NCBI GenBank assembly: GCA_037189525.1 | Contig: JBBCJC010000001.1 | Coordinates: 224,001-288,000, forward strand | DNA from: Gemmatimonadales bacterium | Lineage (GTDB): Bacteria > Gemmatimonadota > Gemmatimonadetes > Gemmatimonadales > GWC2-71-9 | Direction of reading: 5' to 3' | DNA: 64,000 bases | Part shown: in pieces, positions 17,271 through 26,382 of the stretch | Layout: every line of letters starts with the position of its first letter | How positions within the stretch are numbered: position 1 is the stretch's first letter | The notes under the pieces: generated by a model | Databases searched by the model: none | What the model was told of the DNA's origin: nothing | What the model saw: the letters and a program-made list of their open reading frames with translations, nothing else | Translations under genes and position numbers: made by a program

Positions 17271-17650
17271 GTCCCGCGGAGGGCCGCAAGTTCGGCCTGC
17301 TGGTCGGAGGCGCGTTCCTGGCGCTGGGCGCGTTCTTCTGGTGGCGTCAGGCGCAGCGTCCGATGATGATCACGGGCGGCCTGGGCAGCGCGCTGGTGCT
17401 CGCCGGGCTCTTGATTCCGGGATACCTCGGACCGATCTACCGCGGCTGGATGAAGTTTGCGCTTCTCCTGTCCAAGGTGACGACGCCGATTTTCATGAGC
17501 ATCGTGTATTTCGTCGTGATCGCGCCGATCGGCTTGCTGATGCGCGCGTTCGGCCGGCGGCCGCTTCCCGTCCCCGCCCGCGGCAGCTCGGCGTGGTGGG
17601 CACGGCCGACCGATCCACCAAACGACGACGACATGTACCGGCAGTTCTGA
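17243..17650 (+). CDS. SxtJ-family small membrane protein (135 aa)
   Basis: The real start is ATG 17243 after GGAGG, inside ORF-track 16673..17650. Sequence RKFGLLVGGAF...YRGWMKFALLLSKVTTPIFMSIVYFVVIAPIGLLMR...RQF is typical of carbamoyltransferase-linked SxtJ. Confidence 0.8.
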   Translation: MEAGVPARLSPAEGRKFGLLVGGAFLALGAFFWWRQAQRPMMITGGLGSALVLAGLLIPGYLGPIYRGWMKFALLLSKVTTPIFMSIVYFVVIAPIGLLMRAFGRRPLPVPARGSSAWWARPTDPPNDDDMYRQF

Positions 17651-17671
17651 ACACTCATTCGGGAGCAGGGC

Positions 17672-17830
17672 ATGGCCAAGGGATCGCTGGTCGGTGAGTT
17701 GTGGTCGTTCATGAAGGCGCGGCGCAAGTGGTGGCTGGCGCCGATCATCGTCATCATGTTGCTGGTCGGGATGTTGCTGGTGTTCGCCCAGGGCTCGGTC
17801 CTGGCGCCGTTCATCTACACCATCTTTTAG
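17672..17830 (+). CDS. 52-aa SxtK/DUF5989-like membrane peptide (absent from ORF track)
   Basis: Translated by hand: MAKGSLVGELWSFMKARRKWWLAPIIVIMLLVGMLLVFAQGSVLAPFIYTIF. GGAG RBS upstream. KWWLAP and APFIYTxF signatures. Confidence 0.88.
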   Translation: MAKGSLVGELWSFMKARRKWWLAPIIVIMLLVGMLLVFAQGSVLAPFIYTIF

Positions 17831-17848
17831 TACGACGGACGGGTCGCC

Positions 17849-18601
17849 ATGTCCCAGCGGACGATCATCGTCGTCCCGTGTTACAACGAGGCGGCCCGTC
17901 TGGATACGGCGGCCTTCCGCTCCTACGCTCACGACGCGGGGAATGGCACCACCTCGTTCCTGTTCGTCAACGACGGCAGCACCGACGATACGCTCGCGGT
18001 GCTGCAGCAGCTCGCGCGTGATCTGGGACCGGACCACGGCGTCCTCGATCTCCAGCCCAACGGTGGGAAGGCCGAAGCGGTGCGGCGCGGAGTGCTCCAC
18101 GCCATGGCCGCATCGCCCGGCGTCGTGGGGTTCTGGGATGCCGACCTGGCGACGCCGCTGGCCACCATCGGTAGCTTACAGAGTATCCTCGAGCAGCAGC
18201 CGAACATCGAGATGGTCTTCGGCGCCCGGGTCCAGTTACTCGGCCGCGCCATCCACCGGCACCACCGCCGCCACTATGCGGGGCGACTCTTTGCGACCAC
18301 GGTGTCGATCGTGCTCGACCTGCCGATCTACGACACCCAATGTGGCGCCAAGCTGTTTCGGGTAGGCCCCATGACGCCCGAGCTGTTTGCCGACCCCTTC
18401 CTGTCCCGCTGGGTCTTCGACGTCGAGATCATTGCGCGCCAGATGCGGGCGCATCGGCGGCACCGCGGTCGCGATGCCGCGCAGATCATCTTCGAATATC
18501 CGCTCGAGCGATGGACCGACGTTCCGGGCTCGAAGCTCTCCATGAGCGACTTCGTCCGGTCGATGTTCGACGTGCTGAAGATCTGGCATGCGTACCGATA
18601 A
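17849..18601 (+). CDS. GT2 polyprenyl-phosphate glycosyltransferase (DPG/DPM-synthase-like)
   Basis: Motifs VPCYNE, VNDGSTD, GKAEAVRRG, DADLATP, DTQCGAKLF, WVFDVE. Confidence 0.9.
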   Translation: MSQRTIIVVPCYNEAARLDTAAFRSYAHDAGNGTTSFLFVNDGSTDDTLAVLQQLARDLGPDHGVLDLQPNGGKAEAVRRGVLHAMAASPGVVGFWDADLATPLATIGSLQSILEQQPNIEMVFGARVQLLGRAIHRHHRRHYAGRLFATTVSIVLDLPIYDTQCGAKLFRVGPMTPELFADPFLSRWVFDVEIIARQMRAHRRHRGRDAAQIIFEYPLERWTDVPGSKLSMSDFVRSMFDVLKIWHAYR

Positions 18602-20141
18602 GCCGTCGACGCTACTCCCGATCGCACTCGTGGTCGTCATGGTGGCGATGGCGCTGACCTGCGCCTGGGGCCGCGAGTTATGGCTCGACGAGGCCCACTC
18701 GGCGTACCTGGCCACGCATGGTCTGCCGACCGTCTGGCGGGGTGTGGTGGGCGACGTCCACCCGCCACTCTACTTCGTCGGTCTGTGGAGCTGGGGCGCG
18801 ATCGTCGGCACCGCGCCGATGGCGCTTCGGCTTTTCTCGATCATCGCCGCGGCCAGTGCGGTGGTGATCACCTGGCTCACGGCCCGAACCGGAGACGACG
18901 AGCAGGCCGGGACCGTCGCGATCGTCCTCATGGCGCTCTCCCCGGCACTGGTGATCTTTGCCGTCGAGATTCGGATGTACGCGCTCGCAATCTGCGCGAT
19001 TGCCCTGGCGCTCTATGCCATTCGCCGCGCACGTCTGGCACCCTCGACCCGGCGTGCACTGATCGCCGGGGGCCTCGGCGCCGTCGCCGCGTTTACCCAT
19101 TACGTCACGCTGATCGCCGTCGTGGGCCTGTTCGCCACCTGGTTCCTGGTCGAGTTACGGAATCGGGAGCGACGGCGTACCGCGCTGATCGCCGGCATCA
19201 CGGCCGCGCTCGCCATCGCGGCATGGCTCCCGATCCTGCTGGCCCAGCGCGCGCACAAAGCGACGCTGGGCGCGGATCTCACGGCCGCGTATGGCGATCC
19301 CGCCACGCTGGTGTTCGGATCGACCGCAGTCGCGCCGCGCAGTCTGGTATCGTCCTTCTTGCTCGCGGCGCAGGACACCGCGAGCATCCTGGGCGTCTTC
19401 CCGGCCGAATCGACGATCCTGCTCGCGACCCTGGCACTCCCGTTCGGCATCCTGATGCTGCTCGCCTTGCGCCGAGCCGGCGGCGGCGATCCCTGGACCT
19501 GGATCCTGATCGGTGGCGGGATGGCCACCGTGGTCGGCATGGTGCTGCTCGGCATCGGAGGGCGACGCTATCTGGTGCCGCTGATCCCGCTCAGCGCGCT
19601 GATTTTCGCGCGCGGCACGACCGACCTCCCGCGGTCGTGGACGCGGATCGTTCGCATCACACTGGTCGCGACGGCTGCCGTGCTGGTGGCCGGTTCTATC
19701 CGCGTTGTGCAGGCCCCCAAACCGACGCCGGTGCAGGACGCGATCCGCTATCTGAGCACCAACGCGGGACCGCAGGACATCGCCGTCTTCCATGCGCCCT
19801 ACGCGATGCTGCTGTTCGACTACTACGCGGATCGGACCCACCTGGCAATCCGTCGATCCGGCTTTCCGGAATCCACGATCGACTGGTGGCAGCGCCAGAC
19901 CTTCCAGGGCTGGGGCAGCGCCATACCGACACACAGCGACGTCGACCGTGTCGAACGACAGCTGCGCGACCTGCCCGACGCCGCGGCGCTCTGGCTCGTC
20001 CTCTATGAAACGGGCTACTACGATCCGACGAGCGCGCTCGAACACCGGCTCGGCACCGTCGGCGTGCCGACCGAGCCGTGGCGGTCGACCGACGGCGCCT
20101 GGCGCCTGGTTCGGATCGCGTCCGCGGGGCCGCACCCGTGA
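18588..20141 (+). CDS. GT-C fold integral-membrane glycosyltransferase (PMT/ArnT-like)
   Basis: Motifs LWLDEAHS, DVHPPLYF, LRLFS, EIRMYAL, THY. Multiple transmembrane segments. Confidence 0.85.
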   Translation: MRTDKPSTLLPIALVVVMVAMALTCAWGRELWLDEAHSAYLATHGLPTVWRGVVGDVHPPLYFVGLWSWGAIVGTAPMALRLFSIIAAASAVVITWLTARTGDDEQAGTVAIVLMALSPALVIFAVEIRMYALAICAIALALYAIRRARLAPSTRRALIAGGLGAVAAFTHYVTLIAVVGLFATWFLVELRNRERRRTALIAGITAALAIAAWLPILLAQRAHKATLGADLTAAYGDPATLVFGSTAVAPRSLVSSFLLAAQDTASILGVFPAESTILLATLALPFGILMLLALRRAGGGDPWTWILIGGGMATVVGMVLLGIGGRRYLVPLIPLSALIFARGTTDLPRSWTRIVRITLVATAAVLVAGSIRVVQAPKPTPVQDAIRYLSTNAGPQDIAVFHAPYAMLLFDYYADRTHLAIRRSGFPESTIDWWQRQTFQGWGSAIPTHSDVDRVERQLRDLPDAAALWLVLYETGYYDPTSALEHRLGTVGVPTEPWRSTDGAWRLVRIASAGPHP

Positions 20142-21259
20142 TCGTGCTGCCCCTCGAACGCGCCGCAGGCATCGACGCCGCGTTCTACGACTCGCGCGAT
20201 CCCGCCAGGCACGCATGCCAGGCGGAGATCCTCGCACGCGGAGGCCACCTGCCGGTCCTGCACCGCACCGAAACGGAAGGGCTCGACGGCAGCGGCGACC
20301 GGTGGTTCGTCGGCTTGCGCGAAACGGGTCAACCGTTCGCGGCGGGGTTCGCGGTCGACATCCGGGCGCCTCGGCATGCCCTGGGGCATCACGTGCTCCG
20401 CGTAGGCCACTTCGGCGCCGACATCCCGGACCGGTTCCGCGCCGCGGCGGCGGAGGCGCTTGCCCACCTGGCAAAGCGCAGCCGCCGGACCTTGCGGACC
20501 AACGTCGGAATCTTCGCTCTGACCAGCGATGCGATGCAGCAGTGGAGGGACGCGCTGGCATCGGTGGGCTTTACCGCCGAGTCCGATCCGTGGGGCTACC
20601 AGTACACGCTGATGGTCGACCTCCAGCGCTCGGAGGAGGAGATCCTGGCCTCCTTCTCGCGATCCGGCCGCCGCAACATCCGCGAGATCACCAAGTATGG
20701 TATCGAGGTAGAACCGGTCACGGACCCGGCCCTGGTCGGTCGCATCGATGCGCTGATGACGGAAACGATGGGGCGTACCGGGGGAACCTACGTTCCGGTG
20801 CCGTGGGCCAACCGACTCGAACTGGCTCGGGCCCACCCGAACTTGGTCCGACTCGTAGGCGCGTACCTGGGAAGCGATCGGGGCCCCGATTCGCTGGTGG
20901 CGTTTGCCTGGTCGTACAACCACGGCGCCATTGCCGAATACAGCGACGCGGCGTCGCTCCGGATCCCGGGCTCGCGGGCACCGCTGGCCTACGCACTGGT
21001 CTGGGACCTGATCCGCTGGGCCCGCAGCGTCGGCGCCTCCTGGGTCGACCTAGGCGGTGTGACCGCCGGACGATATGATGACGCCACGGACCCGCTGGGC
21101 GGCATCTCCGACTTCAAACGCTCGTTTTCCGAGGACGTCCGGCACGTTGGCACGGAAATGGTACTCCATGCCACGACGATCCGAGCGACCGCGGCGCGTT
21201 GGCTCACCAGCCGGCGGGCGGCCGCGACCGCGCCATCACCTGATTCGGCTTCTCGATGA
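20138..21259 (+). CDS. FemAB/FemX-like GNAT-fold protein
   Basis: GTG at 20138 overlaps the upstream stop. Motifs TLMVDLQRSEEEILASFSRSGRRNIR, LVWDLIRWAR, DLGGV, GISDFKRSF. Confidence 0.8.
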   Translation: MIVLPLERAAGIDAAFYDSRDPARHACQAEILARGGHLPVLHRTETEGLDGSGDRWFVGLRETGQPFAAGFAVDIRAPRHALGHHVLRVGHFGADIPDRFRAAAAEALAHLAKRSRRTLRTNVGIFALTSDAMQQWRDALASVGFTAESDPWGYQYTLMVDLQRSEEEILASFSRSGRRNIREITKYGIEVEPVTDPALVGRIDALMTETMGRTGGTYVPVPWANRLELARAHPNLVRLVGAYLGSDRGPDSLVAFAWSYNHGAIAEYSDAASLRIPGSRAPLAYALVWDLIRWARSVGASWVDLGGVTAGRYDDATDPLGGISDFKRSFSEDVRHVGTEMVLHATTIRATAARWLTSRRAAATAPSPDSASR

Positions 21260-22497
21260 CGACACCAGACGCGATCGTGAGCGTCCCCTCCGCCGATTCG
21301 GTTAGCGCACGCGCCGACGACAACACGGGACAACCGGCCGGACGGGCGCACACCGGACGGATCCGCTCGATCGACGGACTCCGTGGCGTGGCCGTTCTCA
21401 CGGTAATGCTGCTCCACTTCACGCTGATGCGCCCCTCCAATCTCTGGGAGGGCGGACTGGTCCAATTGCTGGACCTCGGCTGGATCGGGGTGGACCTCTT
21501 CTTCCTGGTGTCCGGTTTCCTGATTACAGGAATCCTCTGGGAGGCGCGCGGAACCGACGGCTACTTCTGGCGGTTTTATACCAGGCGGACGCTTCGGATC
21601 TTTCCGCTCTACTACGCGTTCCTCTTTGCGCTGCTGGTGGTCCTGCCACTCTTGCTGAGCCAGTACGAAGCCGAACACGCCACGAACGACCGGCGGATCT
21701 GGCTCTGGACCTACCTCAGCAACTTCCTGATGGCCCGCGACGGCTGGGAGGGGATGCCGTCGCATACCACGCATCTGTGGTCCCTGGCCGTCGAGGAGCA
21801 GTTCTACCTGATCTGGCCGCTGGTCGTGTTCCTGCTGAGCTACCGTGGTCTGGTGGGGACCTGCCTCGCGATTCTCGGCCTGTCTCCCCTGGTGCGCGCG
21901 GCGCTCGACCATGCACTCCCGAACGGCATCGCCGCCTACACGCTCCTGCCGGCCCGGCTCGACAGCCTGGCCCTTGGCGCTCTGCTTGCTCTGCTGGTCA
22001 GAACCGGGCCATCCACGATCGACCTGCGACGTGGCGGTGTCTGGTTGCTCGGGACGGGAACGGTCGGCCTGATCGGCTTGAGCGCCTTGGGTCGCCTTCA
22101 CGGATGGGGCGGGCTGCTGCCGCCCCTGCACTATGACGTGCAAGTCGTCGGCTATTCGCTGATTGCGGTGGCGTTCGGCGGCGTCCTGTTGCTCGCGCTC
22201 ACGGCGGCACCGGGCTCCCGACTCGATCGACTGCTGGCCACACCGTTCCTGCAAAGCCTGGGCAAATACAGCTATGCGCTGTACCTGTTCCACGTCCCGC
22301 TGCGCAACATCATCCGAGAGCGGGTGCGCGACGCGGGCGGGTTGCCACGCATCGGCGGCTCCGAACTGCCGGCCCAGATTCTCCTGTTCGTGGTGGCCAT
22401 CGGCATCACCTGGTGCCTGGCCGTCGTTAGCTGGCATCTCTTCGAAAAACACTGGCTCCGCCTCAAAGACCAGGTTCCCTACGGGAAAGCCGCATGA
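21256..22497 (+). CDS. Acyltransferase family 3 (OafA-like membrane O-acyltransferase)
   Basis: Motifs IDGLRGVAV, GVDLFFLVSGFLIT, RRTLRIFPLYY, HLWSLAVEEQFY, SYALYLFH. Confidence 0.93.
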   Translation: MTTPDAIVSVPSADSVSARADDNTGQPAGRAHTGRIRSIDGLRGVAVLTVMLLHFTLMRPSNLWEGGLVQLLDLGWIGVDLFFLVSGFLITGILWEARGTDGYFWRFYTRRTLRIFPLYYAFLFALLVVLPLLLSQYEAEHATNDRRIWLWTYLSNFLMARDGWEGMPSHTTHLWSLAVEEQFYLIWPLVVFLLSYRGLVGTCLAILGLSPLVRAALDHALPNGIAAYTLLPARLDSLALGALLALLVRTGPSTIDLRRGGVWLLGTGTVGLIGLSALGRLHGWGGLLPPLHYDVQVVGYSLIAVAFGGVLLLALTAAPGSRLDRLLATPFLQSLGKYSYALYLFHVPLRNIIRERVRDAGGLPRIGGSELPAQILLFVVAIGITWCLAVVSWHLFEKHWLRLKDQVPYGKAA

Positions 22498-23984
22498 GTA
22501 CGCCTGCGCGGCCGACGAACCGGCTGGCGTTCAACACTCTGGTCTACGGCGCCGGCATCGTGATCAGTCGGGCGGCAGCATTCATCATGCTGCCCGTCTA
22601 TACCCGCATGCTCACGCCAGCCGACTACGGTCTGCTGCAGATCCTCGACATGACCGTCGAGGTGGCGATCATCCTGGTCAGTGCCGGCATCACGATCGGT
22701 GTCCTGCGCTTCTACTTCAAGGCCACGAGCGAAACCGAACGCAACCAGGTTCTGGCGAGCGCGCTGGTGTTTCAGACCATCCTGAATGCGGTCGGCTCCC
22801 TGCTCATCGTTGCGGCGGCCCGGCCGATCCACCTCCACGCCCTCGACGGCGCCGGTACGATCTCGATGGTCTACCTGGCGGCGGCCAATCTGACGGTCGG
22901 CCTGCTGATGACGGTGCCGCTGCTCAAAATGCAGGCGGAAGGCCGGTCGGGGCTCTACATGGCCGCGTCGGTCACCAAGCTCCTGATCCAGCTCACGCTC
23001 AACATCGTGTTCCTGGTGGGCCTCAAGACCGGACCCGTCGGTATTCTCTGGAGCACGTTCCTGAGCAACGCCGTGATCGGGTCGATTGCCGTGTGGTGGA
23101 TGCTGCGCAGTACCGGATTCGCGGTCGACCGATCGGCGATCCGGGATCTGCGACGCTTCGGGATTCCCTACCAGATCATGATCGCGGGAACGTTCCTCCT
23201 CGCGTTCGGTGATCGGTTCATTCTCCAATCGCTCAGCGGCCTCACCGCCGTGGGGATCTACTCGCTGGCCTATCAGTTCGGCTTCCTCCTGGTCAACCTC
23301 GGCGCGACACCCTTCTTCCGGGCCTGGAACCCGATCCGGTTCCAGATCGCGACCAACCCGCAAACCGAGCGGGATGCGACGTATGCCCGTGGATTTCGGC
23401 AACTCGACCTGATCCACGTCACGCTGGGCATCGGCATCGCGGTCTACGTCAAGCCGGTCCTCATGATCATGTCGGATCCGGCCTACCATGGAGCGGCCTC
23501 CCTGGCTCCGCTGATCCTGCTCGCCTATCAGTTTCAGACGTGGGCGGATGTGGTTCGCTTCGGGATCGACGTATCGGAGAGGACCAAGTACGCCTCGTAC
23601 GCCGTCTGGATCACCGTCTTCGTGGCACTCGGCCTCTACCTGGTGCTGATTCCCAGGTTCGGCGCGCTCGGCGCGGCTATGACCGCCGTGGTAGCCTTCT
23701 GGCTGCGTTTCCAGCTGACCTTCTTCTGGGCACAGCGGCTCTTCCCGATCCGATATGACTGGGGATTTCACGTGCGGCTCCTCGCGGGAGCCACGGCGCT
23801 GACGATCGGATACTTGCTGATCCCGGTTGACGGCCTGCTCCCGACGATCGGCCTCGCGACCGCGATCGTGGCGGCCTACTTCGCGGTGACGTGGTTCGGC
23901 GTGATGTACCCGGAGGATCGGCAGCAGGTCCTGACCATTGCACGAGGGCTGCCCGCCCGCTTCAAACGCACCCGCACGGCGTAG
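22494..23984 (+). CDS. Wzx-type oligosaccharide flippase
   Basis: Roughly 12-14 hydrophobic segments. Motifs LPVYTRMLTPADYG, DRFIL, VGIYSLAY, LIPRFGALGAA. Confidence 0.88.
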   Translation: MSTPARPTNRLAFNTLVYGAGIVISRAAAFIMLPVYTRMLTPADYGLLQILDMTVEVAIILVSAGITIGVLRFYFKATSETERNQVLASALVFQTILNAVGSLLIVAAARPIHLHALDGAGTISMVYLAAANLTVGLLMTVPLLKMQAEGRSGLYMAASVTKLLIQLTLNIVFLVGLKTGPVGILWSTFLSNAVIGSIAVWWMLRSTGFAVDRSAIRDLRRFGIPYQIMIAGTFLLAFGDRFILQSLSGLTAVGIYSLAYQFGFLLVNLGATPFFRAWNPIRFQIATNPQTERDATYARGFRQLDLIHVTLGIGIAVYVKPVLMIMSDPAYHGAASLAPLILLAYQFQTWADVVRFGIDVSERTKYASYAVWITVFVALGLYLVLIPRFGALGAAMTAVVAFWLRFQLTFFWAQRLFPIRYDWGFHVRLLAGATALTIGYLLIPVDGLLPTIGLATAIVAAYFAVTWFGVMYPEDRQQVLTIARGLPARFKRTRTA

Positions 23985-23993
23985 TCCGCCGTT

Positions 23994-24890
23994 CTACGCA
24001 GCCAGCAACCCGGCCAGCCGCATCGCAAATCCGTCGATCGAGATACCGGCGGGCACATTCCAGCGGGGTAGATCGAACGGTCCGGCGGCGTTGGACATCC
24101 AACCGCCGTCGACCCGAAACGCCGCCTGATACCCGACCTGCCTGGCCACATCGCGGACGGTGTCATCGGCCAAGCCGTAGGGCCAGGAAATCCAGGGTTG
24201 CCAGGGCACGTTCTGCGCAGCGAGCCATGCCAGCGGACGGCGCAGCTCCTCCTGCAGGTCGTCGCCCCGGAGGCGCGTCAGGTTCGGATGCGACCATGTA
24301 TGACTCGCCAGCGTCACGTCGGTCGACGGCAGCTGTCGAGCAAGCGATTGCCACGAGCTCGACACCCGGGACCCCGACATGACCGTCCACGGCGCCCCGG
24401 CCTCGGCCGCCCAGGCGCCGACCTCGGCGCCCAGCCCGCGGCCCCGGGACAGCGCGGTCGCGCGGATGGCGTCCCAGTCCTCCCCGGCCCCCGCCAGCGC
24501 GTCCCACCAGAACGTCTCACCTTCGAGGAGGCCCGGCGCCACGAATACCGTCGACGGCAAACCCCGCTGCGTCAGCTCGGGCAACCCAAGCGAGACCGCG
24601 CCGTGATACGCGTCATCGAACGTAATGGCAACCCGAGGGCGGCGCGCCCGCTGCGGAGCCGGCGCCAGCAGCGCCGCCAGCGGCACGACATCGCAACTCC
24701 GCGTCAGCAGCTCGAGTTGGGCACGGAAGTCGTCGAGAGCAAGGTGGAGCGAGGCGTCGCCGCGGATCGGGTCGCCCGCGGGGACGATGTTGTGATACGC
24801 CAGCACCAGCGCATCGCGGCAACGGAAGCTGCGCAAGACCCGGAGGAGCCCCGAACCGTGCAGCGTCCGCTCGACCGCTCGCTTGATCAC
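23994..24890 (-). CDS. Polysaccharide deacetylase (CE4/NodB)
   Basis: Probable GTG start at 24890 overlapping the upstream stop. Motifs LAYHNI, ITFDDAY, SHTWSHP, SWPYG. Confidence 0.88.
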   Translation of the reverse strand: MIKRAVERTLHGSGLLRVLRSFRCRDALVLAYHNIVPAGDPIRGDASLHLALDDFRAQLELLTRSCDVVPLAALLAPAPQRARRPRVAITFDDAYHGAVSLGLPELTQRGLPSTVFVAPGLLEGETFWWDALAGAGEDWDAIRATALSRGRGLGAEVGAWAAEAGAPWTVMSGSRVSSSWQSLARQLPSTDVTLASHTWSHPNLTRLRGDDLQEELRRPLAWLAAQNVPWQPWISWPYGLADDTVRDVARQVGYQAAFRVDGGWMSNAAGPFDLPRWNVPAGISIDGFAMRLAGLLAA

Positions 24891-26260
24891 GACTGGACGG
24901 CGACCGGACTCCGCGCCGGCGCCATGGACCGGGCCGCCAGGCGATCGCGCATGGCCACGACCTTGAGCGCCCCCAGCGAGAGACCAAAGGCAGTCCAGAT
25001 GAACGCGCCCCACGCGAGAGTCAGGAAGGATCCGGCCACAGCCAAGGCAATCAGGTGCAGAATCAGCGCATCGCACATTGCCGCTTCTTCGGGTCGGGGC
25101 GGCCTCGCTTTTCTGGCGCGCCCGGCCACCCGCTTGAGCATCACGATCGGCACCAGAAACGCCATGGCGAATGCCACCAGGCCCGGAACGCCCAATTCAG
25201 ACCCCATCTCGACCCAGATCGAGTGCGGCGCAGACCACCGCGTCCCCTGCCCCATCTCGTTGAGCTGCCGCACCGTCACGCTGTTGCCGTCCCGGAACGC
25301 GAAGTTGTTGATACCGACGCCGAAGACAGGGCTTTCGATCATGTATCCCATGCCGCGCGTCCACAGCGCCTTGCGGCCCGTCGTCTCCGTGGCGTTGTAG
25401 TCCTCGTTCAACGTCGTGATGGACCGCATCTGGGTCCAGTACCATTCCGACCCCGATGCCGCCACACCACCGATCACGATGCCAAGAAACGCCAGACGAT
25501 ACAGCAGCTTGGCGCCCTGAAAGAAGAAGATGACATAGAGGAGCACGGCGCCGAACGCGATGAAAGCACCGCGGGAACCGCTCAACACGAATGCCTGAAT
25601 CAGCGCAGCCGCCCCGCCGACACTCAACAACTTGACGATGATATTCCCGGTCGCAATGAAATACAGCGCAAACGGCACCGCGCCCACCATGAACATGGCA
25701 GCGTCGTTGGCGTCGTATGAGCCTTCACCCAGACCGCGAAAAGCGGAGGCATCCGAGGCCAGCAATGCGTAGATAACCGCGCCAACCAGGTATACCGCAG
25801 CCAGGCGCCGCAGATCGTGGAAGTCGCGGATCGCGAGCGCCAGGATGAAAAACAGAATGGCGGTCTTGTAGACATCGCCCATGAGGTACGAAATCGATGC
25901 GCCCGGGTAGACCCCGAACGGGGCGCTCAAGGTCGCCCAGACCAGCAGGAACGCCGCCACCTTACCGTAAGGCAGTTTGAGGCGCTGCCAGGCGCGGGCG
26001 CCTCGCGGATTCATCACCCACACCGCCACACTGGCCAGCGCCGCGAGCGTGATCGGCCGGAGGGCGGTCATCCCGGGCACGAGATGGTGAACCCGGGCCA
26101 CCGCCGTGAGGATGAAGGCACAGGCGCAAATCATCAGAAAATCGAGCGATTTGCGCTTCTCGACAGGCGGCACCGGCCCCCCGGAACCCCGGCGGACAGG
26201 CCTTGGCTGACCAACCGACGTGTGCTGCGGCAACGCAACAGCCGTTGCGCTCATTTGCAT
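24887..26260 (-). CDS. O-antigen ligase/Wzy-like membrane protein (Wzy_C)
   Basis: Multi-TM protein. Motifs DANDAA, SGSRGAF, GRKALW, PVFGVG, APHSIW..ELGVPG. Start placed at ATG 26260 (MQMSAT) after GGTAGG. Confidence 0.85.
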   Translation of the reverse strand: MQMSATAVALPQHTSVGQPRPVRRGSGGPVPPVEKRKSLDFLMICACAFILTAVARVHHLVPGMTALRPITLAALASVAVWVMNPRGARAWQRLKLPYGKVAAFLLVWATLSAPFGVYPGASISYLMGDVYKTAILFFILALAIRDFHDLRRLAAVYLVGAVIYALLASDASAFRGLGEGSYDANDAAMFMVGAVPFALYFIATGNIIVKLLSVGGAAALIQAFVLSGSRGAFIAFGAVLLYVIFFFQGAKLLYRLAFLGIVIGGVAASGSEWYWTQMRSITTLNEDYNATETTGRKALWTRGMGYMIESPVFGVGINNFAFRDGNSVTVRQLNEMGQGTRWSAPHSIWVEMGSELGVPGLVAFAMAFLVPIVMLKRVAGRARKARPPRPEEAAMCDALILHLIALAVAGSFLTLAWGAFIWTAFGLSLGALKVVAMRDRLAARSMAPARSPVAVQS

Positions 26261-26382
26261 CGACCTACCATAACTGTTGCGTACGCGCATCGTCAGCCAT
26301 ACCGTTACGAGGACATGGGCCTAGTCCCAAACTTGCACCGGGAGGATCCCAAACGGGACCGCCCCCAGACAACCGGACCAGG

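Noticed and set aside
15441..17830. Saxitoxin biosynthesis suggested by sxtI/J/K-like genes
   Set aside because: No sxtA, sxtG or other core sxt genes are visible. The triad is widespread and sits here in a glycan context.
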